In this document: piece by piece, positions 36,700 to 39,790 of the stretch
Layout: the number at the start of each line of letters is the position of its first letter
How positions within the stretch are numbered: the first letter of the stretch is position 1
From: a virus
Lineage: Duplodnaviria; Caudoviricetes
IMG/VR virus record: IMGVR_UViG_3300032247_000920
Location: 1-39,790 of that record
DNA: 39,790 nt
Direction: 5' to 3' (one strand)
Made by a program: the position numbers and the translations under genes
Notes under the pieces: model-generated
What the model saw: the letters and a program-made list of their open reading frames with translations, nothing else
What the model was told of the DNA's origin: nothing
Database searches by the model: none

Positions 36700-37486
36700 T
36701 ATTAAATTTTTTAACGAATCTAAAGTTTCACTCGGTGTTTCTGCCGATGAATCATTAAATAGTGTAGGTGCAATTGAAGCGACAGTGACGACATGGGGTG
36801 CTAGAGAAGGCGCTGATGGCCGTAAATTCAATTACAAACCTGAAGGCTTTGCTCAATGGGCAGATGAATTTGCTAAAGCTGGCAAACCACTACCAATGTT
36901 TTTTCAACACAATGATGAAAACTTTCCTGTAGGCGAGTGGACGCAATTTGAATTCACAGATACAGGTATGGACGCTAAAGGCAGATTGTTTACAAATACA
37001 ACTGCTGGTAAAGACCTTTATACAATTATGAAAGAAAGCCCAAATCTTGTAGGCGGTGTTTCTGTAGGCGCTTACGCTGATGAATACGCAATGGTTGATG
37101 CAGAAGGAACACCAATGGATCCAACTGCTGATGAAGATGGTTATTTTCAAATTACTAAAGGCGGTTTGCGTGAAGTGTCCGTTGTAATGCAACCAAATAA
37201 TCTTGAGTGTAATGTTTCGAAATTAGAGTGCTTTAGAACTGATGGTTCTTTAGACTTAAAACTAATCGAGAAAGCATTGCGTGATGCAAAACTTTCAAGA
37301 AAAGATGCGACCACCGCGTCTTCAATTTTCAAACAGATTTTAGAAACTCGTGATGAGACTAAAACTGATGAGAAAAAAGCACCTAATCAGAGTGATGCTG
37401 ATGCGGTGGTAGATGAGCAAAAAATTCTTAACGCTTTTGCGGAAAGAGAATTGCTTAAAAATTTAAATAATCGTCTTAAAGGATAA
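36692..37486 (+). CDS. HK97-family prohead protease
   Basis: LPMFFQH...PVGEW, GGVSVG, LREVSVVMQPNN; C-terminal EKALRDAKLSRKDA. Confidence 0.93.
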   Translation: MTDIKFFNESKVSLGVSADESLNSVGAIEATVTTWGAREGADGRKFNYKPEGFAQWADEFAKAGKPLPMFFQHNDENFPVGEWTQFEFTDTGMDAKGRLFTNTTAGKDLYTIMKESPNLVGGVSVGAYADEYAMVDAEGTPMDPTADEDGYFQITKGGLREVSVVMQPNNLECNVSKLECFRTDGSLDLKLIEKALRDAKLSRKDATTASSIFKQILETRDETKTDEKKAPNQSDADAVVDEQKILNAFAERELLKNLNNRLKG

Positions 37487-37489
37487 ATC

Positions 37490-38923
37490 ATGTCAGATAA
37501 AATTATCGAAAAGTTAGACGCTATTGAGCAAGCTCAAGTTGAAGCAGTGGAAGCTGTTAAAACTGATGTAGATGCTAAATTAGCGGAAGCACAAAAAGCT
37601 TTTGAAGAAAAAACTGTAACATTTGAAGAAAAAGTAGCAGCTCTTGAAGCTAAAGTAGCATCAATCAAAGAAGCTACTCCATTAATCAAAACATACAAAA
37701 CTATCGCTCAAGAAGTTAATCGTTCTGTTAAAGAACAATTAAAAGGTTTCTATGATAGCGGTGCTAAAGTAGAAAAAGAATTAAAAATGTTTGAAGATGC
37801 AGGTCAATATGATGCTTACATGAAAGAAGCTTCAGCAATTGGTAATCCTGCTGGTTATGGTGGCGGTGCAGGCGTCGGCGGTAGAACAGCTTACGATCCA
37901 GTATTTTTTGCGCTTCGTTTAGCTAATCCAATGCGTGGCGTTTCTCGTTCTGTTGCTACTGATGGCGCTACATATCAATTCCGTGCAAAAACTGGTAATA
38001 CAGGCGCATGGTGGGGATATGCTATCAATAACAACACTTCATCACCACACCCAAATCCAAATAGTTTAGATACTAATATTTGGCAATTAACACTTCAAGA
38101 TTTAAATGTTCAATTTCCAATCAGAACAGCGGCTCTTGACGATATCGATGGTTTAGAATCAAATGTTGTAGCTGATATGTTGTTAGAATTTTCACAACAA
38201 GAAGCTCTTTCAATGATTCAAAATAATGACCAAACTACAGTAAGTTTTGACAGTAATACTACTCCTTATGGTGGTTCTGACGGTTTGCGTGGTCTTAATC
38301 AATATGCTGGTGCAGCTGCTTCTTACGCTGGCGGTCAAACAACAACTGCGGCATTTGGAACAACAGGAACAGGTTCATCAAGTGGCTTGCATTCAATCGC
38401 TACTTATGACCAATTAATTCCTAATGGTTCTGATGCGGCTGGAGCTGGCAATGGTGTAGGTTTATTCAACAATGTTCAATATAAAGACATTGTAAATTTC
38501 ATCTATGCTTTACCACAACAATATTGGACACCAACAGCGAAATTTGTTATTAATCCATTAATGCTTGCGGCAATTCGCGGTTTAGTTGATGACAATGGTC
38601 GCCCAATCTACATCGATGGTCTTTCACGAGATGATGGTATTGTTGGCACTTTACTTGGTTTTGATGTTGTAGTTAATAAGTATGTTTCTAACCCACTTAT
38701 TCCTACTACACCTGATCCTTCAGTAAATACAAACGCTTTCCCAATTTACTTTGGTGATTGGAATCGTGGCCATACAATTGTTGATCGTTTAAACATGGTA
38801 ATGCGTCGTTACGATCAAACATTACCGGGCTATATCACATTTTATGGTGAGAAGCGTTTATGCACATCAGTAGTTGATCCATTTAGCATTATTCGTTACA
38901 GATCAACAGTTTATCTTGATTAG
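37490..38923 (+). CDS. Major capsid protein 1 (HK97 fold with N-terminal coiled-coil delta domain)
   Basis: About 110-aa coiled-coil leader; LVDDNGRPI, TLLGFDV, IYFGDWNRG, ITFYGEKR. Confidence 0.95.
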   Translation: MSDKIIEKLDAIEQAQVEAVEAVKTDVDAKLAEAQKAFEEKTVTFEEKVAALEAKVASIKEATPLIKTYKTIAQEVNRSVKEQLKGFYDSGAKVEKELKMFEDAGQYDAYMKEASAIGNPAGYGGGAGVGGRTAYDPVFFALRLANPMRGVSRSVATDGATYQFRAKTGNTGAWWGYAINNNTSSPHPNPNSLDTNIWQLTLQDLNVQFPIRTAALDDIDGLESNVVADMLLEFSQQEALSMIQNNDQTTVSFDSNTTPYGGSDGLRGLNQYAGAAASYAGGQTTTAAFGTTGTGSSSGLHSIATYDQLIPNGSDAAGAGNGVGLFNNVQYKDIVNFIYALPQQYWTPTAKFVINPLMLAAIRGLVDDNGRPIYIDGLSRDDGIVGTLLGFDVVVNKYVSNPLIPTTPDPSVNTNAFPIYFGDWNRGHTIVDRLNMVMRRYDQTLPGYITFYGEKRLCTSVVDPFSIIRYRSTVYLD

Positions 38924-38937
38924 TAATAATGTTGTTC

Positions 38938-38973
38938 AGGGTGGGGGAGCAATCCCCCTCTCTTTAATTTTTT
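38938..38973 (+). terminator. Rho-independent terminator between the two capsid genes
   Basis: GGGGGA-GCAA-TCCCCC stem with GNRA loop, extendable by AGGG/CTCT, followed by an interrupted T tract. Confidence 0.8.
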
Positions 38974-38984
38974 AGGAAAGAAAA

Positions 38985-39790
38985 ATGAATACATCTGAAA
39001 AAGTTTTAAATGGCATCAAACAAGCTCTTACTGAAGGCAAAGCCACAGTCAAGCTGTCTAAAGAAAAAGCCGAACAAGATGTAAATGAAGCTTCTCAACT
39101 TACTGGAAGCGGATTAAACAAAGGTGGTAGAACATACTTTGATGATGCTTTCGCTGCACTTCGTTTAGCAAATCCGTTTAGAGGATGGGCTCGTGAAGTT
39201 ACTTTCGCAGGTTCAGCAGCTCAATTCGTTGCTAAAACAGGCAATGTTTTAAATCAAACAGGATCAAATAATCCTTGGGGATATACATTTACACCGAATG
39301 ACGGAACTCCGGGAATTGCTACTTCAATTTGGCAATTACCTACAAGAAATTTATCAGCACAATTACCATTAAGAACAGCATTGTTATCTGATATTAATTA
39401 TATTGATGAAACTATTGTCAGCGATTTAATGCTTGAATTTTCTCAAGCAGAAGCGGCAGCTATGGTATTGAATGTTGATCAAGCAGGCTCAACAACTTAT
39501 AACACAGGCGCAACTAATGGTGTTCGAGGATTAATTACATATCCGGGAAGCACAACTGCGGCAGCATATGGAACAAGTGGAACAGCAATTACTAACGGAC
39601 TTCATACAGTAGTATATGAATTATTTAGTCCAACTGCTCCAACTTATGAAGATTTAGTTAATACATTAAATAAACTTCCAGCACAATATTGGTATTTACC
39701 TTCTACAGCGTGGATGATGCACCCAAGCTTGATTGCTAAATTAAGATTAATGACTGCAACTGGCGGATTACCATTGCTTTTAGAAGTAGG
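38985..39790 (+). CDS. Second major capsid protein, N-terminal part (354 aa in total across the junction; not in ORF track)
   Basis: AGGA RBS; MNTSEKVLNG...GGRTYFDDAFAALRLANPFRG...IWQL...LPLRTALLSDI...DLMLEFSQAEA aligns with capsid 1. Confidence 0.92.
   Translation, partial: MNTSEKVLNGIKQALTEGKATVKLSKEKAEQDVNEASQLTGSGLNKGGRTYFDDAFAALRLANPFRGWAREVTFAGSAAQFVAKTGNVLNQTGSNNPWGYTFTPNDGTPGIATSIWQLPTRNLSAQLPLRTALLSDINYIDETIVSDLMLEFSQAEAAAMVLNVDQAGSTTYNTGATNGVRGLITYPGSTTAAAYGTSGTAITNGLHTVVYELFSPTAPTYEDLVNTLNKLPAQYWYLPSTAWMMHPSLIAKLRLMTATGGLPLLLEV

Noticed and set aside
931-37332. Antisense shadow ORFs in the track (e.g. 931, 4790, 5579, 8716, 23976, 24912, 33763, 36890)
   Set aside because: They overlap well-supported genes on the opposite strand and show no recognisable motifs
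39669-39790. 122-bp terminal repeat as a biological direct terminal repeat
   Set aside because: It falls mid-gene, far from the terminase region, and is best explained as assembler overlap of a circular contig
1-39790. tRNA/tmRNA genes, introns or stop-codon reassignment
   Set aside because: Intergenic gaps are short with no cloverleaf motifs seen, core genes are uninterrupted, and the standard code gives dense coding

Overview
The window is an apparently complete, circularly assembled AT-rich tailed-phage genome of 39,668 bp (bases 1-122 repeat bases 39669-39790). It has an HK97-type head (P27-family small terminase, large terminase, portal, prohead protease), a lambda-like non-contractile tail and a divergent early region (ERF, YqaJ, SSB-like, DUF1376 initiator, VRR-NUC, NinB, Ref). 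I found no integrase, CI-type repressor, DNA polymerase, tRNA or CRISPR, so it is probably lytic. An unannotated 23-aa Methylophilaceae-type pqqA gene (18788-18859) suggests a methylotrophic betaproteobacterial host such as Methylopumilus/OM43 (inference). Main points of interest: (1) a 1062-aa almost Pro-free Gly-X-Ser fibre followed directly by a methyltransferase, a GT2 and a split GT9-like enzyme, a candidate self-glycosylated virion fibre system; (2) two tandem paralogous major capsid genes separated by a terminator, the second hidden across the contig junction; (3) a ferritin-like/ParB/glycosyltransferase/TET-JBP DNA hypermodification operon with no cytosine methylase, possibly making a base-J-like modification; (4) the phage-borne pqqA; (5) strong avoidance of CCAGR/YCTGG. 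Family assignments come from motif recognition by eye, not database searches.
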